The position numbers were made by a program, and so were the translations under genes. Under the pieces are notes generated by a model. It worked only from the letters and a program-made list of their open reading frames with translations. It did not search any database and was not told the origin of the DNA. 56,338 bases of DNA from Patescibacteria group bacterium (GTDB lineage Bacteria > Patescibacteriota > Minisyncoccia > Phycocordibacterales > UBA9973), in the NCBI GenBank assembly GCA_040390725.1, contig JAZJXT010000001.1, positions 218,586 to 274,923 on the forward strand. The letters run 5' to 3'. Each line of letters begins with the position of its first letter. The stretch's first letter is position 1. Positions 1 through 9,711 of this stretch are shown here, piece by piece.

Positions 1-60
1 AGTTGGTAGAGCGCTCCCCTGAAGAGGGAGATGTCACCAGTTCAACTCTGGTCCTTGGCA
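1..60 (+). tRNA. tRNA-Phe (anticodon GAA), 5' end truncated by window edge
   Basis: Anticodon stem CTCCC/GGGAG with loop CTGAAGA; T arm ACCAG-TTCAACT-CTGGT; acceptor 3' strand CCTTGGC plus discriminator A; no encoded CCA. Confidence 0.85.
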
Positions 61-61
61 C

Positions 62-1354
62 ATGAAAATACAAAAAGTTCATGCAAGACAAGTTTTTGAC
101 TCAAGGGGCAACCCTACTGTTGAAGCTGATGTTGTATTAGAGAATGGTATTGTAGGGCGAGCCATTGCTCCATCAGGAGCTTCGACTGGTACAAATGAAG
201 CCTTGGAACTTCGCGATGGCGACAAGAATTTTTTCGGAGGAAAAGGTGTTTTAAAAGCGGTAAATAATATAAATACTGAAATTGCAGAAAAAATTATTGG
301 GGCAGAAGTTTCTGAACAAAAAAATATTGATGATATGATGATTGCTCTCGATGGTACGCCGAATAAATCACGCCTGGGTGCGAATGCGATACTCGCTGTA
401 TCTTTAGCTGTTGCAAAAGCAGGAGCTCAAGAAAAAAATATTCCTCTTTATGAACATATTAAAAATATTTCAGGTTTAAAAAAAGATTTTATCTTGCCTG
501 TGCCGATGGTAAATATCATAAACGGAGGCAAGCATGCAATGGGCTCGACGGATATCCAAGAATTTATGATAATGCCCCTGGGCGCTAAAACATTTTCACA
601 AGCGATGCAAATGTGCGTGGAAGTTTTTCATTCTTTGGGTAAAGTTATTGAAGAAAAAGGATATGGCACGACAGTGGGTGATGAAGGTGGCTATGCTCCG
701 CAAGTGAAAAATGGCAATAGTGAAGCCATAGAACTTATTAAAACTGCCACCGAAAAGGCAGGGTATGTTTTTGGTAAAGATATTTTTTTGGCATTAGATG
801 TCGCAGCTTCAGAGCTCTATGAAGATGGATTTTATAATTTAAAAACAGAAAACAAAAAATTAACTCCTGATGAAATGGTGTCTTGGTATGCGGAACTTGT
901 AGAAAAATATCCTATTGTTTCCATTGAAGATGGCTTAACTGAGGATGATTGGCAGGGTTGGCAAAAATTAACGAAAATGATAGGCGATAAAGTGCAACTT
1001 GTGGGGGATGATTTGCTCGTTACGAATACTGAATTTATAAAGCGTGGAATTTCTGAGAAAGCTTGCAATTCTTTGCTCGTAAAATTAAATCAAATTGGTA
1101 CATTATCCGAAACTATTGATGCTGTAAAAATGGCGGAAGATGCCGGCTGGACTGCTGTTATTTCACATCGTTCAGGTGAAACAGAAGACACAACTATCGC
1201 GCATTTGGCTGTAGGCCTCGCTACAGGGCAAATAAAAACAGGCTCAATGTCACGTACAGACAGAATGGCAAAATACAATGAGCTTTTACGAATAGAGGAA
1301 ATGCTCGGCAATAATGCAAAATATGCTGGAATGATGCATTTGCCCAAAAAATAA
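62..1354 (+). CDS. eno: Enolase (phosphopyruvate hydratase)
   Basis: 430 aa. N-terminus ...[17 protein letters not shown] and C-terminal ...[18 protein letters not shown]...[23 protein letters not shown] are canonical enolase signatures. Confidence 0.97.
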   Translation: MKIQKVHARQVFDSRGNPTVEADVVLENGIVGRAIAPSGASTGTNEALELRDGDKNFFGGKGVLKAVNNINTEIAEKIIGAEVSEQKNIDDMMIALDGTPNKSRLGANAILAVSLAVAKAGAQEKNIPLYEHIKNISGLKKDFILPVPMVNIINGGKHAMGSTDIQEFMIMPLGAKTFSQAMQMCVEVFHSLGKVIEEKGYGTTVGDEGGYAPQVKNGNSEAIELIKTATEKAGYVFGKDIFLALDVAASELYEDGFYNLKTENKKLTPDEMVSWYAELVEKYPIVSIEDGLTEDDWQGWQKLTKMIGDKVQLVGDDLLVTNTEFIKRGISEKACNSLLVKLNQIGTLSETIDAVKMAEDAGWTAVISHRSGETEDTTIAHLAVGLATGQIKTGSMSRTDRMAKYNELLRIEEMLGNNAKYAGMMHLPKK

Positions 1355-1368
1355 ATAAAGAAATAATT

Positions 1369-2898
1369 ATGCAAGAAAAAAAGAAAAAAATCGCATTAAT
1401 AGTTCTTGATGGTTGGGGTTTTCGTGAGGACACTATGCACAATGCAATTGCGGAAGCCGAAACTCCTTTTTTTGATTCTTTGTGGCAGAATTATCCACAT
1501 AGTTTTTTAGATGCTTCAGAAGAAAATGTCGGCTTGCCAAAAGGGCAAATAGGTAATAGTGAAGTGGGACATATGACTATCGGGGCAGGACGGGTGATAG
1601 ATACTGACCTTGTTCGCATTACTAAAGCAATGCAACAGGGTGAATTTATAAATAATCTTGCATTTAAAAAAGTTTTTGATCACGTTAAAAAAAATAATTC
1701 TACTTTGCATTTACTCGGTCTTGTTTCCCCGGGAGGAATTCATAGCCACGAAGCTCACTTGTATGGTATTTTGCGCGCAGCAAAAGAATATGGTGTAAAA
1801 AATGTAGTTATTCACGCATTTACTGATGGACGAGATACACCTCCGCAAAGTGCTGTAGAATCTTTGAAAGAACTTGAAAATTTGTGTGAAGAGTTAGGGC
1901 TCGGTTTCATAGCGACAGTTTCCGGCAGGTTTTATGCAATGGATAGAGATAAAAATTGGAATAGAACGGAAAAAGTAAAAGATGTTATTTTTGAAGGCAA
2001 GGGAATAATGAAAACAGGAAAAGCATCGGACGTCGTCAGTGAACTTTATAAAAGTGGAGTAATGGATGAGCATATTGAGCCGATGGTTTTTTGGGAGCCG
2101 AGCTCCCTCTTGGGAGCTCGGCTCCCAAAAATACATAAATTAGAAAAAAATGATGGCGTACTATTTTTTAATTTCCGTTCTGACAGGGCGCGTATGTTAT
2201 CGAAGTATATCGAAGAAGTTAAAGAAGAAAAAAACATTTGTTTTGTAACGCTTACGGAATATGATAAAAATTTAAAGGCGGATGTGGCTTTCGCTTCACA
2301 AAATATTGAGAATACTTTGGCAGGGGAAGTTTCAAAAGCAGGATTTCATCAAGCGCATATAGCCGAAACAGAAAAATATCCTCACGCGACTTATTTTTTA
2401 AATGGTGGCAAGCAAGAACCCTATAAAAATGAAGACGATATTTTAATAGAGAGCAGGAAAGATGTGCCGACGCATGACTTGGCGCCAGAAATGCGAGCGC
2501 GGGAAATTACTGATGCAGCGATAGCATCCATACCAAATAATGATTTTATTTTTATTAATTTCGCCAATGCTGATATGGTTGGGCATACTGCCAATAAGCC
2601 AGCAATAATAACAGCAGTGGAAACGGTAGATAGGGAATTAGGACGTTTTATTGAAGCATTTACAGCCTTAGGAGGTATAGCTTTTATTACAGCTGATCAT
2701 GGCAATGCTGAAGTAAACATTGACCCGATAACAGGCGAAAAACACACTGCACATACGCTTTCAAAAGTTCCGGCAATTCTCACAGATAAAAACTTTAAAT
2801 TAAAAAATGGCACGCTTGCAGATATCACTCCGACTATTTTATCTTTATATAGTTTACCTGTGCCAAAATCTATGACAGGTAATGTTTTAATTTCTTAA
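1369..2898 (+). CDS. gpmI: 2,3-bisphosphoglycerate-independent phosphoglycerate mutase
   Basis: 509 aa. Contains LDGWG, GNSEVGHMTIGAGR, FTDGRDTPP, FFNFRSDRAR and ITADHGNAE motifs typical of iPGM. Follows eno. Confidence 0.95.
   Translation: MQEKKKKIALIVLDGWGFREDTMHNAIAEAETPFFDSLWQNYPHSFLDASEENVGLPKGQIGNSEVGHMTIGAGRVIDTDLVRITKAMQQGEFINNLAFKKVFDHVKKNNSTLHLLGLVSPGGIHSHEAHLYGILRAAKEYGVKNVVIHAFTDGRDTPPQSAVESLKELENLCEELGLGFIATVSGRFYAMDRDKNWNRTEKVKDVIFEGKGIMKTGKASDVVSELYKSGVMDEHIEPMVFWEPSSLLGARLPKIHKLEKNDGVLFFNFRSDRARMLSKYIEEVKEEKNICFVTLTEYDKNLKADVAFASQNIENTLAGEVSKAGFHQAHIAETEKYPHATYFLNGGKQEPYKNEDDILIESRKDVPTHDLAPEMRAREITDAAIASIPNNDFIFINFANADMVGHTANKPAIITAVETVDRELGRFIEAFTALGGIAFITADHGNAEVNIDPITGEKHTAHTLSKVPAILTDKNFKLKNGTLADITPTILSLYSLPVPKSMTGNVLIS
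2088..2131. repeat. Perfect 20-bp-stem palindrome (loop TCTT) embedded in frame in gpmI
   Basis: TTTTTGGGAGCCGAGCTCCC-TCTT-GGGAGCTCGGCTCCCAAAAA. Encodes FWEPSSLLGARLPK in a variable loop just before the conserved FFNFRSDRAR motif. The antisense frame reads a near-mirror peptide (MYFWEPSSQEGARLPK). Confidence 0.9.
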
Positions 2899-3368
2899 GA
2901 CGACTTTACTTTCAAGTTAGCTTTTTTGTTTTTGTCTATTTTCGGCATAGTTATGGTGAGTAGTCCGTGTTTTTCTACGGCTTCGGCTTCTTCGGGTTCG
3001 ACTTCTTGAGGTAACATAATAGTTCTGGAAAATGTTCCCCAGAAAAGTTCTTTTACAAAATAATTATCTTCGTCTATAGTGCGGGATTCTTGTCTTTTGC
3101 CTTTTATGGTTACCATATCGCGTCCGATAGTGAGCTCCAGGTCATCTGGCTTCACTCCAGCGACCATTGTTTGCACTATTATGTCTTTTGAAGTTTGATA
3201 GACGTCCACGGTCAACTCTGCTTCTTCATTTTCTTCTTCCATCCAATTTCCAGCTGCGTCTTTTCCGCCTTTCACTTGTATTTTTTTTACATCTGCTTCT
3301 TCTTCGTAATCATCAGCGCGGATACTGCCGGTCAATCTTTCAAAAAAACTTCTTTTTTTATTTTGCAT
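2895..3368 (-). CDS. Small heat-shock protein, Hsp20/alpha-crystallin family
   Basis: 157 aa. The alpha-crystallin domain pattern (VDVYQT..., MVTIKGKR, FSRTIMLPQEV, GLLTITMPK) is recognisable. Its stop overlaps the gpmI stop in a convergent TTAA. Confidence 0.85.
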   Translation of the reverse strand: MQNKKRSFFERLTGSIRADDYEEEADVKKIQVKGGKDAAGNWMEEENEEAELTVDVYQTSKDIIVQTMVAGVKPDDLELTIGRDMVTIKGKRQESRTIDEDNYFVKELFWGTFSRTIMLPQEVEPEEAEAVEKHGLLTITMPKIDKNKKANLKVKSS

Positions 3369-3395
3369 AAATTTATTTAACGTGCAGAAAAAAGT

Positions 3396-4088
3396 TTAAT
3401 TTTCTCCGCTCATTTTTCTTAATTTTTCAAAAAGTAACATATTAATAATGGTCGCGACCCAGAGGAAAGCGAAAACTTTAAAATAATCGCTTCCGTTACT
3501 ATTCATTATAAAGAAATTGAAAGCAGTATGCAAGGCGATAGCGAGGATAATTCCTAGAATTGCATAAACAAAACTTTTCGTTCCACTTAAGAAAAAAGAC
3601 AAGCCGAGGGATATGCCTATTATTCCACTTGAAACTGCGTGTAAAAGGGTAGAACCCAAGAATCTTAGCTGGCTAGTCAAAAGCCCCACTGCGGATTGAT
3701 TTAATGAGAATGGTTTGATTAAAAAAAGTACATTTTCCATCGCCGCGAAGCCAAGGGCGACGGTTATCATATATATAGCCCAATCTATTGGATTTTCTAA
3801 ATATTTTGTATGAAAAAGAAGAAGGGTAATGGCGAGCAGTTTTATTATTTCTTCTACGCTAGCATAGCTCACGAGTTGCCATACTTGAGAAGTGATATTT
3901 ACTTGTAATAATTTTTGAATAGGCAAGACGAGTAGCACAGCAATCATTCCCAAAATAAAAGTTATTGTTAAAATTACTTTTGGTTCTGGTTTTTCTTTGT
4001 CTTCGCGAAGCCAAAACCACAGCCAAAAAATAGCTGGCACGAGTCCACCGAGCAATGCTAATCCTAAAATTTTTGGGTCAGTAGGCAT
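3396..4088 (-). CDS. PrsW-family intramembrane protease-like membrane protein
   Basis: Polytopic membrane protein with VEEIIKLLAI, AAMENVLF and LLHAVSSG motifs resembling PrsW. I prefer the ATG at 4088; the track start at 4112 is a TTG that overlaps the end of valS. Confidence 0.65.
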   Translation of the reverse strand: MPTDPKILGLALLGGLVPAIFWLWFWLREDKEKPEPKVILTITFILGMIAVLLVLPIQKLLQVNITSQVWQLVSYASVEEIIKLLAITLLLFHTKYLENPIDWAIYMITVALGFAAMENVLFLIKPFSLNQSAVGLLTSQLRFLGSTLLHAVSSGIIGISLGLSFFLSGTKSFVYAILGIILAIALHTAFNFFIMNSNGSDYFKVFAFLWVATIINMLLFEKLRKMSGEN

Positions 4089-4092
4089 TTTT

Positions 4093-6249
4093 TTATGAAG
4101 GCCATTTTTCAATCATTAGTAAATTTTTACTTGCCCCGTCGGAGCTTTGCGAAGTGGGGTTTTCAGGCAACATCGACCAAATTTCTTCGGTAACGAAAGG
4201 CATAAATGGGTGAAGCGTTTTTAATAGGGTAGTGAGTTGTGTAAATAAAAGTGCTTTAGCAGAATCAGCATTTCTATTTTCTAGTATTTTCTTTTTTGAT
4301 CTTTCGATAATAATATCCGCAAAAGTATGCCAGAAATAATGATAAAGTTTTTCAGCCACAATGTAGAATTTATATTCGTCCATTTCTTTTGTAATTTCTT
4401 GAATTAAGTTTTTTAATTCTTCATCTGATTTTTTGTCTTCTTCGTCATAGCTTGGCATTTCTGGAATTTTAAAATCTTTTGTTTGTTCGAGAACGAAACG
4501 CGTCGCGTTCCAGATTTTATTACTAAATTTACCATAACCTTTTATTCTGTCTTCCGCGAGTGCTAGAGATGTCCCCGGAGTATTGCCTACAACCATACCT
4601 ATTCGAAAAGCGTCAGTGCCGTATTTTGCAGTCAGGTCGAGTGGGTTGATAACATTTCCCTTACTCTTGCTCATTTTTTGCCCCTTAGCATCGAGCACGA
4701 GTCCATGCAAGTAAACAGTTTTAAATGGTACTTTGCCCGTTATATAAAGTCCTAGCATTATCATTCTAGAAACCCAGAAAAAAATAATTTCTCCTGCAGT
4801 TTCCATGACGTCAGTCGGGTAAAAAGTTTTATAATCTTCGTTGTCAGGATATCCAAGAGTTGCAAAAGGCCATTGCCCGGAAGAAAACCAAGTATCAAAA
4901 GTGTCGTTGTCTTGAACTACTTCGCCTCCACAAGAGCTGCATTTTGTAATTTTATTTTCAATATCTGCCATTCCGTGTTTGCATTGTGTGCAGATTTTTG
5001 CGGGGATAGGTATTCCCCAGACTATCTGTCTGGATATATTCCAGTCCATAATATTTTCCAGCCAGTGTATAGTAATTTTTTTATAATGCTCTGGAATATA
5101 TTTTATTTCTTCACTGTGAATTTTCCCCAAGGCTTTTTCTGCTAAGGGTTTCATCTTTATAAACCATTGGCTTTTTATCTGGGGCTCGATGATTGTTCCG
5201 CATTTATAACAAGTGCGGACAACGTGTTTGTAATTTTCCTCTATTTTTTCTACAAGTCCTTTTTGTTGTAATTTTTCAATGATTAAAGGGCGCGCTTTTT
5301 TAATATGTTGGCCTGCAAATTCTCCAGCTATTGGTAAGAGTTTTCCTTGCTCGTCTATTACTTGCTCCTTGTCGAGTTTGTGTCTTTCTGCGATTTCAAA
5401 GTCAGCATTGTCATGCCAAGGGGTGATAGTCATTACTCCTGTTCCGAATTCCATATCTATAGCATCATCTTTTATTACGGTTGCAGTCGTTGGACCATTT
5501 ATCCATTCTAATTCTATTTTATCTCCGTGTTTGTATTCGGAATATCTTTTATCGTCAGGATGCATGACCACATACTTGTCACCGAATTTTGTCTCGGGTC
5601 TGGAAGTAGCTATAGTAAATGGTCCATATTTTAAATAATATAAACTTTCTATTTTTTCTTCATCTTTTATTTCTAAGTCAGAAAAAGAAGTTTGATGTTT
5701 TGAACACCAAGATACTATTCTATTTCCTCTGTAAATTAAATTGTCATCATACATTCTTTGGAATGTTTTATAAACAGTCGGCGTGATGTCTAGTGTGAAT
5801 TTTTCTCGCGACCAATCACAAGACGCCCCCATGGCTTTTATTTGGGATCTGATATTTGAAGAATTCATCATTGTGAAATCTAAAATTTCTTTATACAATT
5901 CTTTTCGGTCCATTCCAAATCTCGTGCGTCCTTCTTTTTCTAATTTTTTTTCATAAACAACCTGGGTTTCAAAACCGGCATGGTCTAGACCGGGAAGCCA
6001 TAATGTTTTAAAGCCTTGCATTCTTTTGTATCGCACCATAATGTCTTCGATTGACATTACCAACCCATGTCCCGCGTGTAGGGAGCCGTTTGCATTAGTT
6101 GGAGGCATTATTATTGTAAATGCGCCTTTGTCTGTATTTTTTAAGTTATCAGGGTTAAATAAACCGCTCTCTTCCCAGAGCTTGTATATTCTTTGTTCGG
6201 TTTCTTGCGGATTGTATGGTTTTAGGAATTTTTCATCCATAAGTACCAT
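4093..6249 (-). CDS. valS: Valyl-tRNA synthetase (short form, no long C-terminal coiled coil)
   Basis: 718 aa. Class I HIGH-type motif (PPTNANGSLHAGHG), KMSKS, ValRS-like WCSKHQTSFSDLEI, and a Cys-rich insertion CTQCKH...CSSCGG. Confidence 0.9.
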   Translation of the reverse strand: MVLMDEKFLKPYNPQETEQRIYKLWEESGLFNPDNLKNTDKGAFTIIMPPTNANGSLHAGHGLVMSIEDIMVRYKRMQGFKTLWLPGLDHAGFETQVVYEKKLEKEGRTRFGMDRKELYKEILDFTMMNSSNIRSQIKAMGASCDWSREKFTLDITPTVYKTFQRMYDDNLIYRGNRIVSWCSKHQTSFSDLEIKDEEKIESLYYLKYGPFTIATSRPETKFGDKYVVMHPDDKRYSEYKHGDKIELEWINGPTTATVIKDDAIDMEFGTGVMTITPWHDNADFEIAERHKLDKEQVIDEQGKLLPIAGEFAGQHIKKARPLIIEKLQQKGLVEKIEENYKHVVRTCYKCGTIIEPQIKSQWFIKMKPLAEKALGKIHSEEIKYIPEHYKKITIHWLENIMDWNISRQIVWGIPIPAKICTQCKHGMADIENKITKCSSCGGEVVQDNDTFDTWFSSGQWPFATLGYPDNEDYKTFYPTDVMETAGEIIFFWVSRMIMLGLYITGKVPFKTVYLHGLVLDAKGQKMSKSKGNVINPLDLTAKYGTDAFRIGMVVGNTPGTSLALAEDRIKGYGKFSNKIWNATRFVLEQTKDFKIPEMPSYDEEDKKSDEELKNLIQEITKEMDEYKFYIVAEKLYHYFWHTFADIIIERSKKKILENRNADSAKALLFTQLTTLLKTLHPFMPFVTEEIWSMLPENPTSQSSDGASKNLLMIEKWPS

Positions 6250-6283
6250 ATTATCATAAATTATAAGCTTTTTCTAGCGAGTT

Positions 6284-7465
6284 TTAGCACAGGCGCATTT
6301 TACCATTGGCTTTTATTTTTTTTGGGTCAATGGTTTTTTTATTGTTTTTTATGTATTGCAAATAGCCAGCGATGCCTATCATCAAAGCATTATCGGTGGA
6401 TATTTTTTTCTCAGGGAAGAGGACTTGCTTTTCTTTTTTAAAAAACTTTCTCATCATTTTTCTCAAGTGTTTGTTTGCCGATACTCCGCCGGCGACGATG
6501 AGGGTAGATGCTCCGTATTTTTCCATAGCTTTATTTGTTTTGTAAATTAAAGTTTCCACCACTGCATTTTCGAATTCCATGGCTATTTGAATCTTTTTTT
6601 CTTCGTCGAGCGGGCCTATTTTTTTAATTAAATATAATACGGCGGTTTTTAATCCGGAAAAAGAAAAATCTAAATTTTTACTGTACAACATCGGCCTTGG
6701 TAGGGTTATTTCGGCCGTAAGCTTTTGAAAACCGCGCATATCCGCCTGCTGGCGGATTGCTATGCTCGGCTCGCCAGCCTGCGCAATGCTTTTCAAAAGC
6801 TTGCGGCCTTCATTAGCTCTGCCTTTTTCTGCATACCTTGAAACCCAAGGCCCGCCAGGGTAAGGCAGTCCCATCATCCGCGCTACTTTGTCATATGCTT
6901 CTCCGGCTGCGTCATCCAAAGTCTCGCCGACGATTTCATATTTACCCCAATCTTTTATGAGCACGAGCTGAGTATTTCCGCCGGAAGCTAAAAGGGAAAT
7001 CATCGGGAAGCTTGCCCGTCCTTTGGCGGGTTTAATTGGAACTATAAAACCCCCTTTGCTTTTTCCAAAAACAGAAAGTATGTGTCCTTCCATATGGTTC
7101 ACCGGCACCACCGGCACATTCCATTTTTTTGAAAGTTCTTGCGCAAAAACAATTCCTGTCCAAAGGCACGGCTCGAGCCCGGGCCCTGAAGTGACGGCTA
7201 TTAGGTCTATGCTTTTTTGTGTGAGGTCTTGCCTCACACCAAGCTTTGCCTTTTTCAGCATCTTGTCTAAAAGTATAGGCAAGTTTTTTATATGGTCGCG
7301 TTTTGCCAAAGCAGGGAATACGCCTCCGTGCGGAGCGTGAGTTTTATTTTGCGAAATAATGCCATTTGCCAAAACTTTAAAGCTTGCGTTTTTAGCGCCT
7401 CCCTTAACTTCCATTATTGTTATGCCAGTGTCATCACAACTTGTCTCAATGCTTAAAATTTTCAT
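6284..7465 (-). CDS. tsaD: tRNA N6-adenosine threonylcarbamoyltransferase TsaD (Kae1/Gcp family) with an internal insertion
   Basis: 393 aa. Contains MKILSIETSCDDTG, NHMEGH, SGPGLEPCL, LPRPM...DFSFSGLKT and VAGGVSAN. Confidence 0.9.
   Translation of the reverse strand: MKILSIETSCDDTGITIMEVKGGAKNASFKVLANGIISQNKTHAPHGGVFPALAKRDHIKNLPILLDKMLKKAKLGVRQDLTQKSIDLIAVTSGPGLEPCLWTGIVFAQELSKKWNVPVVPVNHMEGHILSVFGKSKGGFIVPIKPAKGRASFPMISLLASGGNTQLVLIKDWGKYEIVGETLDDAAGEAYDKVARMMGLPYPGGPWVSRYAEKGRANEGRKLLKSIAQAGEPSIAIRQQADMRGFQKLTAEITLPRPMLYSKNLDFSFSGLKTAVLYLIKKIGPLDEEKKIQIAMEFENAVVETLIYKTNKAMEKYGASTLIVAGGVSANKHLRKMMRKFFKKEKQVLFPEKKISTDNALMIGIAGYLQYIKNNKKTIDPKKIKANGKMRLC
6713..6808. repeat. 96-nt GC-rich compound palindrome inserted in frame (32 codons) in tsaD
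   Basis: Outer arms are GGCCGTAAGCTTTTGAAAA (6713-6731) and TTTTCAAAAGCTTGCGGCC (6790-6808), 18 of 19 complementary. An inner hairpin is ATCCGCC-TGCT-GGCGGAT, and GCGCA pairs with TGCGC. The element coincides with extra residues before the conserved LPRPM motif. Confidence 0.8.
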
Positions 7466-7472
7466 AAATTAA

Positions 7473-8327
7473 TTAATAAACTAAATCATTCCATTTTAAA
7501 ACAGAATATCCTTGCCTTTGATGAGAATCTTTTTCCTGTTCAGTTAAAGGCTCTAATATAAAAGATATATTTGATTTTGAACTTTTATCTGTAAAAGAGC
7601 CGATATATAAAGAATATTCCTTTTTCAGTTCGGGAGTCAATTTGTCGTATAGGCAAAGCAATGTTTTAACAGGAAGATAATCAAGAATTTCATTTCCTTC
7701 AAGTTTTACTTTTTCGTTATTTTCAATAAAAAGTTTTTTCCCATTTTTTAAATATTCTTCTACTATTAGAAGTAATTTTTCAGGAATTTCAACTGGCTTT
7801 TTAACTTCTATTTCACTTGAAACATTTTCTCCGGCGCGTATCTTTTTTTGGTTATTTTCAAATTCAGCTTTTGTGTATTCACCAAACATCTTACTGTTTG
7901 AAAAAATATTTCCCGCAGACGGATTATTACTATCAGCAAAAGTTATACTTGCCTGATTGTACGTTCTGTTTACCGTTGGAAAACGGGTATATGCGGGAGA
8001 ACTTACTCCAAAAAATACCTTTTCTTTTTTAGGCTTAAGAATTGCAACAACTTTTTGACGCCCTGCCATCTCTAAATCTGTAGTTAATTCACTTATCTCT
8101 TTATATAATTCAGGTACTGCTAAAAAATTAGGGTTGGTTGTATAAGAAATAAATCCAGCTTCGCCTGGCTTATCGGAAAAAGAACCATCAATAATTTTAG
8201 GTATTTTTACAATTTCTAAATTTTCGTTATTCTCAATAATTCCCGAACTTCCTCCATCAGCAAAAAGAGCACCCTTAGGAATAGCTGGGCTTTTTTTAAA
8301 CTCATTTTTTTTATCAAATTTAAACAT
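7473..8327 (-). CDS. Hypothetical protein (284 aa), no recognisable motif
   Basis: Long ATG-initiated ORF on the same strand as its neighbours and tightly packed after tsaD. Confidence 0.5.
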   Translation of the reverse strand: MFKFDKKNEFKKSPAIPKGALFADGGSSGIIENNENLEIVKIPKIIDGSFSDKPGEAGFISYTTNPNFLAVPELYKEISELTTDLEMAGRQKVVAILKPKKEKVFFGVSSPAYTRFPTVNRTYNQASITFADSNNPSAGNIFSNSKMFGEYTKAEFENNQKKIRAGENVSSEIEVKKPVEIPEKLLLIVEEYLKNGKKLFIENNEKVKLEGNEILDYLPVKTLLCLYDKLTPELKKEYSLYIGSFTDKSSKSNISFILEPLTEQEKDSHQRQGYSVLKWNDLVY

Positions 8328-8350
8328 ATATATTTAATTTAATCGATTTG

Positions 8351-8422
8351 TGCGCGGTGAGGGGATTGAACCCCCGGCCTACTCTACGTCAAAGAGTCGC
8401 TCTACCACTGAGCTAACCGCGC
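8351..8422 (-). tRNA. tRNA-Val (anticodon GAC)
   Basis: The reverse complement folds as a 72-nt cloverleaf. Acceptor GCGCGGT/ACCGCGC, anticodon stem ACTCT/AGAGT with loop TTGACGT, T arm GGGGG-TTCAATC-CCCTC. Confidence 0.9.
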
Positions 8423-8432
8423 AGTACCCGAC

Positions 8433-9659
8433 CTACTGCGTCGGGGTCTTCTCTTTAATCTTCTCCAGTGCCAAGATAAATGCGCCTCGGCGGAGGTCGG
8501 TGTTGGCTTGTTTGGAGATTTGCATTATTTTTTCCGAAGCGTCGGACATTAGGGGGCGGAGCTTTTCAAAAACTTCTTTTTCAGACCAGTGTTCATTTTT
8601 TAGATTTTGATCCCATTCGAAATAGGAAACAGTCACGCCTCCGGCATTTGCTAAAACATCCGGAATGACAGGAATATTTTTCTTGAATAAAATTTCATCG
8701 GCTTCCGGAGTTGTCGGGCCGTTTGCTAGTTCTAGGACGGCTTTTGCTTTTACTTTATCTGCGACTGTTGCAGTGATTTGATTTTCAAATGCGGCAGGAA
8801 TTAATAAATCACATTCTACTTCGAGCAATTCTTCGTTAGTTACATTTTGTGCATCAGGAAAGTTTGCGAGTGAGCCATTAGTTTTTTTGTATTCCATTAA
8901 TTTTTTTACATCCATTCCGTTTGGATTATAGACTCCGCCTTTCGAATCCGAAACGGCGACTATCGTGTGTCCGGCATTTTCCCAGATTTCCGCCGCGTAA
9001 GAGCCGGCATTGCCGAATCCTTGTATAGCGACTTTGCATTTCTCCGGCATATTCAAATCTTTTTTCATCGCTTCAAAAACATAAAATCCTCCTTGTGCTG
9101 TGGCTGTGCCTCGTCCTTCGGAGCCACCTTTACCTAGAGGTTTGCCAGTGATGACTGCGCCTGTTTTGTCACCGGTGATTTGTGCGAATTCATCTGCCAT
9201 CCAAGACATTATTTCCGGAGTAGTATTCACATCTGGAGCGGGGACATCTTTGTATGGTCCTAGAATATCTGAAAGTCCGCGCACCCATCCGCGAGAAAGT
9301 CTTTCGAGTTCGCCCTTGGAAAGCTTCTTTGGGTCGACGGTTATTCCGCCTTTTCCTCCGCCCATAGGTATGCCCGCGACGGCGCATTTCAAAGCCATCC
9401 AAAAAGCCAAAGCTTTGACTTCATTTATTTCAGTATCGTGGTGGTAGCGTATTCCGCCTTTATAAGGCCCTAAAACGTTGTTGTATTCGACGCGGTAGCC
9501 TTCGAACACCTTCATAGATCCATCGTCCATTTTGACGGGAATAGAGATAGTGATGTCTCTATTTGGTTGCCTCATTCGGGCTAGAAATTCCTCGCCAAAA
9601 TCCTTTAATTTTGCGACCTTGTCGAGCTGTTCCATTGCGTTTTGAAATGGGTTGTTCAT
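8433..9659 (-). CDS. gdhA: Glutamate dehydrogenase (Glu/Leu/Phe/Val dehydrogenase family)
   Basis: 408 aa. Catalytic glycine-rich region GPYKGGIRYH...IPMGGGKGG and Rossmann motif IQGFGNAGS. Confidence 0.92.
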   Translation of the reverse strand: MNNPFQNAMEQLDKVAKLKDFGEEFLARMRQPNRDITISIPVKMDDGSMKVFEGYRVEYNNVLGPYKGGIRYHHDTEINEVKALAFWMALKCAVAGIPMGGGKGGITVDPKKLSKGELERLSRGWVRGLSDILGPYKDVPAPDVNTTPEIMSWMADEFAQITGDKTGAVITGKPLGKGGSEGRGTATAQGGFYVFEAMKKDLNMPEKCKVAIQGFGNAGSYAAEIWENAGHTIVAVSDSKGGVYNPNGMDVKKLMEYKKTNGSLANFPDAQNVTNEELLEVECDLLIPAAFENQITATVADKVKAKAVLELANGPTTPEADEILFKKNIPVIPDVLANAGGVTVSYFEWDQNLKNEHWSEKEVFEKLRPLMSDASEKIMQISKQANTDLRRGAFILALEKIKEKTPTQ

Positions 9660-9711
9660 TGTTTTTAAAAAATTCCCGACTTGCGTCAGGATTAAATATT
9701 AATATCAAACA

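Noticed and set aside
1894-2136. 80-aa minus-strand ORF whose N-terminus mirrors the gpmI peptide
   Set aside because: It is a consequence of the perfect palindrome at 2088-2131 being read on the antisense strand, not a gene.
8350-8610. 86-aa + strand ORF
   Set aside because: It overlaps tRNA-Val on the opposite strand and the 3' end of gdhA.
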